64,000 bases of DNA from Bacilli bacterium (GTDB lineage Bacteria > Bacillota_I > Bacilli_A > ML615J-28 > CAG-313): positions 219 through 64,218 of the forward strand of contig JAZOLG010000049.1 in NCBI GenBank assembly GCA_045652765.1, in the 5' to 3' direction. Position numbers and translations under genes: made by a program. Each line of letters opens with the position of its first letter. Position 1 is the stretch's first letter. This document shows, piece after piece, positions 54,243-64,000 of this stretch. The notes under the pieces are model-generated. The model had not been told where the DNA came from and did no database searches. It saw only the letters and a program-made list of their open reading frames with translations.

Positions 54243-55715
54243 ATGCCAGAACTTCCAGAAGTTGAAACCGTTAGAAGAATATTATTATCTAATCTAATTG
54301 GTAAAACAATTAATAAAATAAATATTTATTATGATGGTGTATTAGAAAATACAATAAAAGAAGAATTTTCATCTGTCTTATTAAATGAAACATTTAGAGA
54401 TATTCATCGACTTGGGAAATATTTAATATTAATCTTAGATACTAAATCTATTGTTGTCCATTTAAGAATGGAAGGGAAATTTTATTTTAAACAAACAAGT
54501 GAAATCTTAAGTCCACATGAACATGTGGAATTCATTTTAAATACATCTGAGGCTTTGAGATACCATGATACACGTAAGTTTGGTAAATTTGTTTTATTAA
54601 ATACTACAAACATGGCTGAAATCGTATTATACCCATCACTTAAAAAACTAGGAGAAGACGCAAATAAAATAACAAACTTTTATCAAGTTGTCGAAAAACT
54701 AACAAAATATAAAGGAACTTTAAAAGCAGCCTTATTAGATCAAACTATTATGGCTGGTATTGGTAATATTTATGCTGATGAAATTTGTTATTTAACAAAG
54801 TTTCATCCAGAAGTAAAATGCAATAGTTTAACTATTCGTGATGTTAAAAGTATTGTTGATGCGGCTGAATATGTATTAGAATCGGCTATTCTTCAAGGGG
54901 GTACTACTATTAGATCATATACAAGTAGTTTAGGAGTAACTGGAAGATTTCAACAATCACTACTTGTCCATTCTAAAGAGGGTGTAGAATGTGTAATTTG
55001 TAAAACACCTATAATAAAAACACGAGTAGCAGGACGTGGAACCTATTACTGTCCAATATGTCAAACATTTAAAGATAATATCAAAATTGTCGGATTAACT
55101 GGAGTTATTGCTAGCGGTAAAACAGAAATCACAAATTATCTAAGAAATAAATCTTATAAAGTTATTGATGCTGATGAAATTAACCGAGAAATTTTAAATC
55201 CGGTAAGTGATTATTATAATGAATTATTTATTAAAATTGAAAAAGCTTTTCCTAATGCTATTGTAAATGGCTTAATTGATAAAAGAAAACTAAGAGAGAT
55301 TATTTTTAATGATGAACAAAAAAGAAAAACGCTTGAACAACTTGTATATCCAATTATTAAAAAAATTATAATAAAAGAAATAAAAAAAGAAAAGTTTGAT
55401 ATAATTAAGAACAACAAACAAAATATAATGTTTCTTTCTGCACCATTACTATTAGAAAGTGGATTTGATGCGCTTTGTACTGATTTGATAATTGTTGATG
55501 TAGATAAAGAAATTCAAATCAAACGTATTATGAAAAGAGACAATGTTTCTTATGAAGATGCATCAAATGCGAGTACTCTTAGAATGAGTATAGAAGAATT
55601 AGTAGAACTTGCGAAAGATCGAATATTTGAACCAATTGTCTTAAAAAATAACAATGATTTAAAAGAATTATATGAAGAAATAGATCAAGTATTAAAAACA
55701 ATAAGGGAGGATTAA
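54243..55715 (+). CDS. mutM: Fusion protein: formamidopyrimidine-DNA glycosylase (MutM/Fpg) + dephospho-CoA kinase (CoaE)
   Basis: MPELPEVETV (catalytic Pro2), H2TH (GIGNIYADEI), and zinc finger CVICKT...YYCPICQ. Then, with no stop, 8 aa later comes VGLTGVIASGKTE (CoaE P-loop) and a CoaE-like body to the end. True start is 54243 (agaggtga SD). Confidence 0.85.
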   Translation: MPELPEVETVRRILLSNLIGKTINKINIYYDGVLENTIKEEFSSVLLNETFRDIHRLGKYLILILDTKSIVVHLRMEGKFYFKQTSEILSPHEHVEFILNTSEALRYHDTRKFGKFVLLNTTNMAEIVLYPSLKKLGEDANKITNFYQVVEKLTKYKGTLKAALLDQTIMAGIGNIYADEICYLTKFHPEVKCNSLTIRDVKSIVDAAEYVLESAILQGGTTIRSYTSSLGVTGRFQQSLLVHSKEGVECVICKTPIIKTRVAGRGTYYCPICQTFKDNIKIVGLTGVIASGKTEITNYLRNKSYKVIDADEINREILNPVSDYYNELFIKIEKAFPNAIVNGLIDKRKLREIIFNDEQKRKTLEQLVYPIIKKIIIKEIKKEKFDIIKNNKQNIMFLSAPLLLESGFDALCTDLIIVDVDKEIQIKRIMKRDNVSYEDASNASTLRMSIEELVELAKDRIFEPIVLKNNNDLKELYEEIDQVLKTIRED

Positions 55716-55716
55716 A

Positions 55717-56073
55717 ATGGGATTTTCTGATTTTTTTAGTAATGATTTTCAAACAACAGATAATCATTCTAACAATGTATTAAAAACACGTTATTATCGT
55801 GGAGATTATAATAAAGTAAAAAGCGAAATAATAGATGTAGTGAAAAAAATGGGATTTGTGGTACAAGAAGTAAATGACGACTATAAAGAAATACGTGTTG
55901 ATAGTAGACGTCAAGAAATGATTTTTAATGTATTTAGTATTAGCTATTTTGAACAAGCTGTTGATATAAAAGTTAATACACGTTATTTAATTGCTTGTGG
56001 ACGTGGATTAAAATTAATAGAAACATTCTACAAAGAATTAGGTAAAAATTTAACTACGGTAGATAAAAAATAG
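55717..56073 (+). CDS. Hypothetical cytoplasmic protein (possibly DUF1499-like)
   Basis: 118 aa with a strong SD agggagg. Family recall is weak. Confidence 0.4.
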   Translation: MGFSDFFSNDFQTTDNHSNNVLKTRYYRGDYNKVKSEIIDVVKKMGFVVQEVNDDYKEIRVDSRRQEMIFNVFSISYFEQAVDIKVNTRYLIACGRGLKLIETFYKELGKNLTTVDKK

Positions 56074-56074
56074 T

Positions 56075-57337
56075 ATGGAATACTACCTATCTTTAAAAGA
56101 CAAATTCAGTGTTTGTATCAACTCACCTTTAACTAATTATGATCAAAAGTTGTTTATTGATTTTTTTCAACCGCTTTTATCGTCTGCAGCAAGCAGTTTA
56201 TTTCAAACACTTCATGCTATTGTGCCACTTGGAACAGTAGAATCAAATGATATAGAACACAAAACCATATTAAAAACATTAAAAATGAATACTATAGATG
56301 CTTTCTTAAATGCTCGATTTGAACTTGAAGCTTTAGGTTTGTTAGATGTTTATGTGTATAATGATTCATTTAACGATCAAAATATTTATGTTTATGTTGT
56401 AAAGAAACTTCCAACTGCTTGGGAATTTTTTAAAGATGAAGTTTTATCTACATTCTTATTAAATACTGTTGGAGAAGAAATTTTTCACAAATTAGCTTGT
56501 GAATATTTAGCACATCGTTATGATTTAAGTGATTTTACTAAAATTACTAAAAATGTAGATGACATATATAATATAGCAAGAAATGGTGAAAACTTATCTA
56601 GTTGGTGGGTTGATTCATCATACAATACAATTGGTGTAAAAAATCAACATTTTGATTATGAATACTATTTAGTACTTGTAGGATCTAGAGCAGTTGTTAA
56701 TAAGAATATTTTAGAAAGTGCTGAACTTTATAAAACTATTAATCGATTAGCTTGGTTATTTGGTTTGACAACGGAAGAACTAGCTAACGCAACAATTGAT
56801 TCAACAACAAATGGAATCGTCGATGTTGAACAACTAAGAACAAATGTTAAAAAGATTTATTCTAACCAAGAACAAGTAAAATTCGAAGCTAACTTTAAAC
56901 ATGAACAAGCATCGAACAATAAGCTAGTTAATACATTAAATTCAATTACTCCATCACAACTTGTGGAAAATAAATACAATACTAAATTAACTGGCTCTGA
57001 AATTGAAACATTTGATAAATTACTTGTTGAAACCAATATATCAGTTGGTATTTTGAATGTTTTAATAATTTATGTTATGGATACTAAAAATGGTGAAATT
57101 CCAAGTTATAATTACTTCTTAAAGATTATTAATACTTGGATTAGAAAAGGTGTTAAAACAACTGAAGATGCACTTAATATCATCACTACACCAAATACAA
57201 AAAACAAAACGAAGAATGTTCCTACTTGGTATCAAGATTATCTTCAAAATGAAGTAGATAGTAAGAAAGAAAAAGGTACGAATAATAAACAAGAAACTCT
57301 TGATGATTTAGAAGAGTTCTTTAATAAGAAAGAATAA
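56075..57337 (+). CDS. dnaB: Replication initiation/membrane attachment protein DnaB (Firmicute type, DnaD-like domains; not the helicase)
   Basis: C-terminal DnaB_2-type repeat (LTGSEIETFDKLLVETNISVGILNVLIIYVMDTKNGEIPSYNYFLKIINTWIRKGVKT). Conserved position upstream of dnaI-thrS. Confidence 0.7.
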   Translation: MEYYLSLKDKFSVCINSPLTNYDQKLFIDFFQPLLSSAASSLFQTLHAIVPLGTVESNDIEHKTILKTLKMNTIDAFLNARFELEALGLLDVYVYNDSFNDQNIYVYVVKKLPTAWEFFKDEVLSTFLLNTVGEEIFHKLACEYLAHRYDLSDFTKITKNVDDIYNIARNGENLSSWWVDSSYNTIGVKNQHFDYEYYLVLVGSRAVVNKNILESAELYKTINRLAWLFGLTTEELANATIDSTTNGIVDVEQLRTNVKKIYSNQEQVKFEANFKHEQASNNKLVNTLNSITPSQLVENKYNTKLTGSEIETFDKLLVETNISVGILNVLIIYVMDTKNGEIPSYNYFLKIINTWIRKGVKTTEDALNIITTPNTKNKTKNVPTWYQDYLQNEVDSKKEKGTNNKQETLDDLEEFFNKKE

Positions 57338-57343
57338 GATAAT

Positions 57344-58222
57344 ATGAAAAAATTTGTTTATAATGATGTTGCATATCGAAATTTTGTAAATAAAATGCTG
57401 CAAGATAAAGATATAAAAGAATTTATTAATGATAATAATATAACAAACGATGAACTTGAAAAGTATATGGAAATATTCATGGCATACTTTAATAAAAAAG
57501 GTTTATGTGAAAACTGTCAAGGTCTTTCTTCTTGTAAACAAACAAGAAAAGGCTTAGAACCTATTTTAGATAAAGATGGAATGTATATTGATATAGATTA
57601 TATACCATGTAATTATCAAAATGCTTATAATGAATTACATAGCACTAATGAATACTTACACTTATACGGAACAAGTTTTAGTGAATATGGTAATGATTTA
57701 TTTATTAATAATAATCGTCGTTTAGTTCTTAAAGAAATAAAAAGATTTTTAGAAACATATGATGAGAACCCAAAACAAAAAGGTCTATATGTTCATGGAC
57801 AATGTGGACAAGGTAAAAGTTATATTGTTGCGTATCTTGCGATTGAACTAACAAAAAGAGGAATTGATGTAGCGTTTGTTTACTATCCAGATTTAGTAAG
57901 AAGAATCAAATCAATGGTATTAACTGGTGGGATTAATGAACTGGTAAATGAATTAAAGAAAGTGCCTATTTTAATCTTAGATGATTTTGGTGGTGAAAGT
58001 AATACTAACTTTATTCGTGATGAAGTTTTACTTCCAATTTTACAATATCGCATGATTAATAAAAAACCATTATTTATAACATCTAACTTAGATCAAAAAG
58101 CAATCTTAGATCATTTATCAGAAAGTTCAAAAGAAATTGATGCTCAAAAAGCAGTTCGCGTTTACGAACGTATTAAGACTCTTGTTGATTTTGTTGAACT
58201 AAAAGATCAAAATTATCGTTAA
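57344..58222 (+). CDS. dnaI: Primosomal helicase loader DnaI
   Basis: N-terminal Cys cluster (CENCQGLSSC), AAA+ Walker A GQCGQGKSY, Walker B LILDDFGGE. Confidence 0.85.
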   Translation: MKKFVYNDVAYRNFVNKMLQDKDIKEFINDNNITNDELEKYMEIFMAYFNKKGLCENCQGLSSCKQTRKGLEPILDKDGMYIDIDYIPCNYQNAYNELHSTNEYLHLYGTSFSEYGNDLFINNNRRLVLKEIKRFLETYDENPKQKGLYVHGQCGQGKSYIVAYLAIELTKRGIDVAFVYYPDLVRRIKSMVLTGGINELVNELKKVPILILDDFGGESNTNFIRDEVLLPILQYRMINKKPLFITSNLDQKAILDHLSESSKEIDAQKAVRVYERIKTLVDFVELKDQNYR

Positions 58223-58235
58223 TTGTACATAATTC

Positions 58236-58264
58236 TTTACAAAAAAGAAAAAATATAGTATAAT
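58236..58264 (+). promoter_or_regulatory. thrS leader promoter
   Basis: TTTACA, 17 nt, TATAAT. Confidence 0.55.
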
Positions 58265-58269
58265 ATTTA

Positions 58270-58496
58270 AAAAGTAATGATTAGGATATGATTATTTAAA
58301 ACCGTTTTATTAGTGAGACTTGATAGTGAAAAAAGTCAAAATAGGCTAAATAGTTACTCCCTATGAACTGCTCTGTGAAAACAGTTGCCGGGTCAACCCG
58401 TTATAGTTGTTAAAGGCTAACTAATGTTAGTAAAATAAGGTGGTACCACGGAAGATATTTCGTCCTTTTTCTATAGTATAGAAAGAGGACTTTTTT
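58270..58496 (+). promoter_or_regulatory. T-box leader (threonine) controlling thrS
   Basis: The T-box sequence aataaggtggtaccacgg (58434-58451) overlaps a terminator gtcctttttc/gaaagaggac plus T6 (58462-58496). A GA-motif-like agtgaga sits upstream. ACU triplets at 58356 and 58367 are candidate specifiers. Confidence 0.85.
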
Positions 58497-58513
58497 ATTT
58501 ATAGGAGGCAAAT

Positions 58514-60427
58514 ATGATTAAAATTACATTCCCAGATGGTTCAATTAGAGAATATAAAAAAGGAACAACAGCTGTTGAAGTTGCGGCATCAATTTCTGTA
58601 AGTTTGGTTAAAAAATGTTTAGCAGTTAAACTTGATGGTGAACTTAAAGATTTAAAAGCACCAATTGAAAGTGATGCGGCTATCGAACTAGTTACAGGTG
58701 ATGCACAAGGTATGGAACCATTACTTAACCATTCATGTGCGCATATGTTAGCACAAGCTATTAAAGAACTTTATCCAAATGCGATGTTTGGTGTAGGTCC
58801 TGCAATTGATGAAGGTTTTTATTATGATTTAGATTTAGGTGATGTCAAACTTACTGAAGAGGATTTAGTAAAAATTGAAAAGAAGATGAAAGCAATTGCT
58901 GAAGGAAATACTGAAATTGAAAGACGTGTCGTTTCAAAAGAAGAAGCACTTGAATTATTTAAAAATGATAAATATAAAACAGAATTAATTAATGAATTAG
59001 AAAGTGATGCAGTGATTAGTGTTTACCAACAAGGAAACTTTATGGATCTTTGTCGTGGTCCTCATGTATCAAGTACTAAATGGCTTAAAAATTTCAAACT
59101 TTTAAGCGTAAGTGGTGCTTACTGGAGAGGTGATGCTAAACGTGAACAATTACAAAGAATTTATGGTACTTGTTTCATGAAAGAAGCAGAACTTAAAGCT
59201 CATTTAGAAATCATTGAAGAACGCAAAAAATGTGATCATAGAAAACTTGGTCGTGAATTAGATTTATTTATGATGAGCGAATATGGGCCTGGTTTCCCAT
59301 TCTGGATGCCTAAGGGGATGATTTTAAGAAGAAATCTTGAAAACTTCTGGTTTGATATTCACACAAAAGAAGGTTACCAATTTGTTCAAACACCAATAAT
59401 GTTAAATAAAGAACTTTGGGAAACAAGTGGTCACTGGTTTAACTATAAAGAAAATATGTACACATCATCAATTGATGAAAAAGAGTTTGCGATTAAACCA
59501 ATGAACTGTCCTGGTGGAATGTTAGTTTATAAAAATAACATTCACTCATATCGTGATTTCCCACTTCGTATCGGGGAACTTGGACTTGTACATCGTCATG
59601 AAGCAAGTGGCGCATTAAATGGATTATTTAGAGTGCGCAACTTTACTCAAGATGATGCTCATATTTTTATTACAGAAGATCAAATTGAAGCTGAAATCGG
59701 TCGTTTAATTGATTTATATGACTATGTTTATAGTGTATTTAACTTAAATTATCATATTGAATTATCAACAAGACCACTTGATAAATATATTGGTGAACTT
59801 GCGACTTGGGATAAAGCAGAAAGTGCCCTTGCAAGTGCTATGGAAAAGAAAGGTATTAAATATATTTTAAATCCAGGTGATGGTGCGTTCTATGGTCCTA
59901 AACTTGACTTTAAATTAAAAGATTCAATGAATAGAATTTGGCAATGTGGTACAATCCAACTTGATATGAACTTACCAGAAAGATTTGATTTAACATATAT
60001 TTCTGAATCTGGTGAAAAGGTTCGCCCAATTATGTTACATAGAGCATTATTTGGCTCTATTGAAAGATTTATTGGTATTTTAATTGAACACTTTGCGGGA
60101 GTATTCCCATTATGGCTTGCGCCTGAACAAATCAAAGTAATTCCGGTTAATAACTTATATCATTTAGAATATGCTAAAGAAGTACTTGCTAAATTACAAG
60201 CTTTTGGAATTCGTGCATCAATAGATGACAGAAACGAAAAAATGAACTACAAGATTCGTGAAGCTCAAACTAGTAAAATACCATATACTTTAGTACTAGG
60301 TGATAAAGAAACACAAGAAGGATTAATCACATATCGTGTTCATGGTGAACAAAAATCAACAACTGTTACATATGAAGAATTTGTTGAAATGTTGAAGAAA
60401 GAATTGTCACCTGCTGCAAAAAAATAG
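58514..60427 (+). CDS. thrS: Threonine--tRNA ligase
   Basis: TGS domain (MIKITFPDGS), editing-domain HSCAHML, class II motifs (FRVRNFTQDDAHIF, GAFYGPKLD). Confidence 0.95.
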   Translation: MIKITFPDGSIREYKKGTTAVEVAASISVSLVKKCLAVKLDGELKDLKAPIESDAAIELVTGDAQGMEPLLNHSCAHMLAQAIKELYPNAMFGVGPAIDEGFYYDLDLGDVKLTEEDLVKIEKKMKAIAEGNTEIERRVVSKEEALELFKNDKYKTELINELESDAVISVYQQGNFMDLCRGPHVSSTKWLKNFKLLSVSGAYWRGDAKREQLQRIYGTCFMKEAELKAHLEIIEERKKCDHRKLGRELDLFMMSEYGPGFPFWMPKGMILRRNLENFWFDIHTKEGYQFVQTPIMLNKELWETSGHWFNYKENMYTSSIDEKEFAIKPMNCPGGMLVYKNNIHSYRDFPLRIGELGLVHRHEASGALNGLFRVRNFTQDDAHIFITEDQIEAEIGRLIDLYDYVYSVFNLNYHIELSTRPLDKYIGELATWDKAESALASAMEKKGIKYILNPGDGAFYGPKLDFKLKDSMNRIWQCGTIQLDMNLPERFDLTYISESGEKVRPIMLHRALFGSIERFIGILIEHFAGVFPLWLAPEQIKVIPVNNLYHLEYAKEVLAKLQAFGIRASIDDRNEKMNYKIREAQTSKIPYTLVLGDKETQEGLITYRVHGEQKSTTVTYEEFVEMLKKELSPAAKK

Positions 60428-60611
60428 TATATAATAAGGAATAGAGACTAACTATAGGATAAACATAATCAATTAGAAAAAGTGATTATATTTATTCATT
60501 AAATTAGTCTCTTTTTTTGTCGAAAACATTTAATTTAATTAATAATGAAGTAGTTTATTGCCTAGACATAATCGTAATTTATACATATAATGTTATGAAA
60601 GGAATGATTAA

Positions 60612-61067
60612 ATGCAATATCAAACAAACGAAGTCGTGTATGAGGAGTATGTGGTAAAACCTAAAGATAGTTTATATTCGATTGCGAAAGAGTTTAAAAC
60701 AACGGTTGCTGAACTTACGGATGTTAATATGTTAACAACAAATGTGTTATATCCTAATCAAGTTTTATTAGTTCCAACTCATACAAAGACGCAAGATATC
60801 ACTTTATTTGAGTATTTTACAAAAGATGGTGATACTATGGAGAAAATATCAAATAGAGTTGGTGTTCCAATTCAAACACTAGGCGCCTATAATGATTTTG
60901 GTAAAGTTATTTTGAAAGAAAATCAAAAGATTTTGTATCCTACTAATGAAAGAAGCTATTTAATAAAAAGTGGTGATACAGTAAGATCTATTTGTGAAGA
61001 GACTGGTCTTACTGCAGAAAAAATATTGGAGTTAAATATTTTACCAGATATGAGAATTAAAATATAA
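60612..61067 (+). CDS. Protein with three LysM domains, no signal peptide
   Basis: YVVKPKDSLYSIAKEFKTTVAELTDVN..., YFTKDGDTMEKISNRVGVPIQTLGAYN..., YLIKSGDTVRSICEETGLTAEKILELN. Confidence 0.7.
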   Translation: MQYQTNEVVYEEYVVKPKDSLYSIAKEFKTTVAELTDVNMLTTNVLYPNQVLLVPTHTKTQDITLFEYFTKDGDTMEKISNRVGVPIQTLGAYNDFGKVILKENQKILYPTNERSYLIKSGDTVRSICEETGLTAEKILELNILPDMRIKI

Positions 61068-61073
61068 ATAAAT

Positions 61074-61100
61074 GATGCGAATAATTATTCGCATCTTTTT
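61074..61100 (+). terminator. Rho-independent terminator
   Basis: gatgcgaataattattcgcatc palindrome plus T5. Confidence 0.8.
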
Positions 61101-61174
61101 AATATTAAATAAAAGTATTGTTAAAATTATTTAATTGTGTTATAATAAGGTAATATATAATAAAGAGGCGTAAT

Positions 61175-62506
61175 ATGAAAAAAATAGTAACAGTAATTGG
61201 AGCTGGACTTGCGGGAAGTGAGGCTGCTTATCAACTTGCAATTAGAGGATATCAAGTAAAGTTATACGAAATGCGACCAAAGAAAATGACGAGTGCGCAT
61301 ACGACAAGTGGTTTTGCAGAATTAATTTGTAGTAATTCATTACGTGCAGCTTCTGTTGAAAATGCTGTAGGGTTATTAAAAGAAGAAATGCGCAGAATTG
61401 GTTCTATTATTATGGAAGCAGCAGACTCAACGAAAGTAGAAGCGGGAGGCGCTTTAGCAGTTGATAGAACTTTATTTAGCGAATATATTACAAATAAACT
61501 CTCAACTATGGAAAATATTGAAATTATAAATGAAGAAGTATTATCAATTCCGGAAGGACCAGTAATTATTGCTAGTGGACCTTTAACAAGTGATGGGTTA
61601 CATGAAGAAATCTCTAAGTTAATAGGTAGTGATCACTTATACTTTTATGATGCTGTAGCGCCGATTGTAACATATGATTCTATTGATATGAATAAAGTAT
61701 TCTTAGCATCACGTTATAATAAAGGTGAAGCATCGTATCTTAACTGCCCTATGACAGAAGATGAGTTTAATAGATTTTATGATTATCTAATAAATGCAGA
61801 ATGCGTAATTCCCAAAGAATTTGAAATGAAAGTATTTGAAGGGTGTATGCCTATTGAAGATATGGCAAAACGTGGACGCCAAACTTTATTATTTGGTCCA
61901 ATGAAACCTGTTGGATTAGATGATCCAAGAACCGGTAGATGGCCATATGCAGTTGTTCAACTTCGTCAAGATAATGCTAGTAAAACATTGTATAATTTAG
62001 TAGGGTTCCAAACTCATCTAAAGTTTGGTGCTCAAAAAGAATTATTATCGTTAATCCCAGGACTTGAAAATGCTAATATCGTAAGATACGGTGTAATGCA
62101 TAGAAATACTTATATTCAGTCCCCTAAGCTATTAAATGTTGGTTTCCAATTTAGAACAAGACCTGATTTATTCTTTGCAGGACAAATGACAGGTGTTGAA
62201 GGTTATGTTGAATCAGCTGCAAGTGGTTTAATTGCTGGTATTAATATGGCTAGATTTTTAGAAGGTAAAGAACTTTTAAAACTTAATAATAAGACTTCGA
62301 TTGGATCACTATCTTGTTATGTAGCAAACCCTAGTGTAACAGATTTTGTTCCTATGAATGCTAACTTTGGTATTTTTGAGGAATTAGTAGGTAAAATATA
62401 CAAGAAAAGCCGTAAAGCTAAATATGCAGAACGTGCACTCGATGAATTAGACAATTTAATAAAAGAAATCAAAGGAGAAGACTGTGCGAAAGAAAACGAA
62501 GAATAA
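61175..62506 (+). CDS. trmFO: Methylenetetrahydrofolate--tRNA-(uracil54-C5)-methyltransferase TrmFO
   Basis: [46 protein letters not shown]. Confidence 0.95.
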   Translation: MKKIVTVIGAGLAGSEAAYQLAIRGYQVKLYEMRPKKMTSAHTTSGFAELICSNSLRAASVENAVGLLKEEMRRIGSIIMEAADSTKVEAGGALAVDRTLFSEYITNKLSTMENIEIINEEVLSIPEGPVIIASGPLTSDGLHEEISKLIGSDHLYFYDAVAPIVTYDSIDMNKVFLASRYNKGEASYLNCPMTEDEFNRFYDYLINAECVIPKEFEMKVFEGCMPIEDMAKRGRQTLLFGPMKPVGLDDPRTGRWPYAVVQLRQDNASKTLYNLVGFQTHLKFGAQKELLSLIPGLENANIVRYGVMHRNTYIQSPKLLNVGFQFRTRPDLFFAGQMTGVEGYVESAASGLIAGINMARFLEGKELLKLNNKTSIGSLSCYVANPSVTDFVPMNANFGIFEELVGKIYKKSRKAKYAERALDELDNLIKEIKGEDCAKENEE

Positions 62507-63455
62507 AGTAGTATCGGTTGCTCCTAAGAAAGTTAATAAAACAAGTGTTCAAGATGCAATCATAATGTACGAAAATTATTTATTAGTTGAACGTTCATAT
62601 TCTGAATATACTGTTTCAAATTATTTAAGAGATATTCATGATTTTAATGAATTTGTAAAAGGTCAAAATTTTGGTGATCTTTTGAATTTATCGACTAATA
62701 ATATTTCCAGATACTATATTTCTTATCTTTCCAACAATTTTTCTAAAAGATCAATTAATCGCAAACTTTCGTCACTTCGAGGATTTTATCGTCATATGAA
62801 AGAAAGAAAAGTGTGTGAAGAAAATCCATTTGATGAGGTTCAATCGGTAAAAGCTGAAAAAACGTTACCGCACTTTTTACAAAAAGACGAAATAAATGCA
62901 ATGTTCCAAGTAATTGATAAAAACAAACCACTTGGAATGCGAGATATGACGATTTTAGAACTTTTGTATGGTTCTGGATTACGTGTTAGTGAACTATGCA
63001 ATTTAAAGTTTAAAAATTTTGATTTTTCAAATAAAATGGTTAAAGTATACGGAAAAGGTTCCAAAGAACGATATGTTCCATTAAGTGATAAAGCAATACA
63101 AGCTATTCATATTTATAATGAAGTTGGCCGAGTAAGTCTACTTAAAAATGCGGAAAACAAGAAAGAAGAAATATTTTTGTTAAATCATCATGGTGGTCCA
63201 TTAACAACAAGAGGAGTACGAGTTATATTAAATAACATCATTGAAAAAACTTCTGACACATTTAAAATCTCACCTCACATGTTAAGACATACCTTCGCTA
63301 CGCATCTATTGGATGGTGGTGCTGATTTAAGAAGTGTTCAAGAAATGTTGGGACATGTTAATATGTCAACAACTCAAATTTATACCCACGTATCGTTAGA
63401 ACAAACAATGAAAGCATATATGGAACATCATCCAAGACAACATAAAGGAGAATAA
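62484..63455 (+). CDS. xerC: Tyrosine recombinase XerC/CodV
   Basis: [33 protein letters not shown] catalytic boxes. GTG start with an aaggaga SD. Conserved trmFO-xerC neighbourhood. Confidence 0.9.
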   Translation: MRKKTKNKVVSVAPKKVNKTSVQDAIIMYENYLLVERSYSEYTVSNYLRDIHDFNEFVKGQNFGDLLNLSTNNISRYYISYLSNNFSKRSINRKLSSLRGFYRHMKERKVCEENPFDEVQSVKAEKTLPHFLQKDEINAMFQVIDKNKPLGMRDMTILELLYGSGLRVSELCNLKFKNFDFSNKMVKVYGKGSKERYVPLSDKAIQAIHIYNEVGRVSLLKNAENKKEEIFLLNHHGGPLTTRGVRVILNNIIEKTSDTFKISPHMLRHTFATHLLDGGADLRSVQEMLGHVNMSTTQIYTHVSLEQTMKAYMEHHPRQHKGE

Positions 63456-63457
63456 AA

Positions 63458-64000
63458 ATGAGTAAAAGAATGTTCGAAAAAATAAGCTTTGAATCATTTA
63501 AAAAAAGCTTTGAAGGGTTTCCTAAAGAAGTAATTGATAAAATTTATAGTGAAGTAAAACTTCCAAAACGTAGTACAAAATATAGTGCTGGTTATGATAT
63601 TTTCTCACCAATAGATTTTGTGCTAGAACCTAATGATTCAATAATTGTGCCAACAGGAATTAAAGTATATTTACCAGAAAATGAGTTTTTGGGAATTTAT
63701 ATTCGTAGTAGTTTTGGTATTAAAAAAGATATTATTCTTAAAAATGGTGTTGGAATTATTGATGCTGATTATGTTGATAATCCAACAAATGAGGGACACA
63801 TTTGTGTAGCACTTCGAAATATTGGCGACAAAACATGGAGTTTTTCAAAAGGGGAAGGAATTGCTCAAGGGATATTCCAAGTATATAACGTTGTTGATGA
63901 TGATGTAACTGATGGAATAAGAGTTGGCGGTACTGGATCAACTAGTGTAAAACTTGAAAAAGTTAAGCTGATAGACGCAAAAACAATGCTTAATTTACAA
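63458..64000 (+). CDS. dut: dUTP diphosphatase (trimeric family), 3' end beyond the window
   Basis: Not in the ORF track because there is no stop within the window. ATG 63458 lies after an aaaggag SD. Motifs SAGYD, GIIDADY and RVGGTGST are present. The frame stays open for 16 codons after motif 5, to nt 64000. Confidence 0.8.
   Translation, partial: MSKRMFEKISFESFKKSFEGFPKEVIDKIYSEVKLPKRSTKYSAGYDIFSPIDFVLEPNDSIIVPTGIKVYLPENEFLGIYIRSSFGIKKDIILKNGVGIIDADYVDNPTNEGHICVALRNIGDKTWSFSKGEGIAQGIFQVYNVVDDDVTDGIRVGGTGSTSVKLEKVKLIDAKTMLNLQ

Noticed and set aside
1-64000. Scan for CRISPR repeats, tRNA/rRNA genes, IS/transposase, phage or integrative-element genes, toxin-antitoxin pairs and known defence-system domains. 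Also checked for use of an alternative genetic code.
   Set aside because: No regularly spaced direct repeats were found. Every long intergenic region is explained by a promoter, leader or terminator. XerC is the only recombinase and sits in its conserved trmFO context. All conserved genes are full length under the standard code with TGA as stop.

Overview
This is a very AT-rich, gene-dense, mostly plus-strand window that reads with the standard genetic code. It looks like a core chromosomal region of a low-GC Firmicute; a wall-bearing, probably spore-forming lineage such as Erysipelotrichia is my guess only. Housekeeping genes dominate: sftA/ftsK-lepB-rbgA-rnhB, topA, the SRP operon ftsY-ylxM-ffh, ruvA/ruvB-queA-gltX, polA, a heterodimeric ABC exporter, sigK-like sigma, yqeG-yqeH-yqeK-rsfS, a mutM-coaE fusion, dnaB-dnaI-thrS, and trmFO-xerC-dut. 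Two cis-regulatory RNAs are clear: an FMN riboswitch upstream of ribU and a T-box upstream of thrS. Accessory, more AT-rich patches sit between the core blocks. They encode surface lipoproteins (Listeria-Bacteroides repeats fused to SGNH esterase or NlpC/P60 domains), a beta-helix lipoprotein, a cohesin-like/Ig-repeat surface protein, a tryptophanase-like lyase with an M28 peptidase, and an ECF-like sigma with a membrane partner. I found no rRNA, tRNA, CRISPR array, transposase, phage block or recognisable defence system. The best candidates for something undescribed are four. (1) An insulated module at 25954-30052: a long leader, a 22-codon ORF, a lipoprotein and a 990-aa HExxHxxGxxD metzincin, with possible decayed remnants of a related gene at 7340-7685. 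(2) An orphan unit of promoter, hairpins and terminator (~90 nt, candidate sRNA) between topA and ftsY. (3) An in-frame MutM-CoaE fusion. (4) A TM-less FtsK/SftA translationally coupled to an upstream membrane protein. All calls come from reading the translations and sequence by eye, with family motifs recalled from memory. No searches or folding programs were run.
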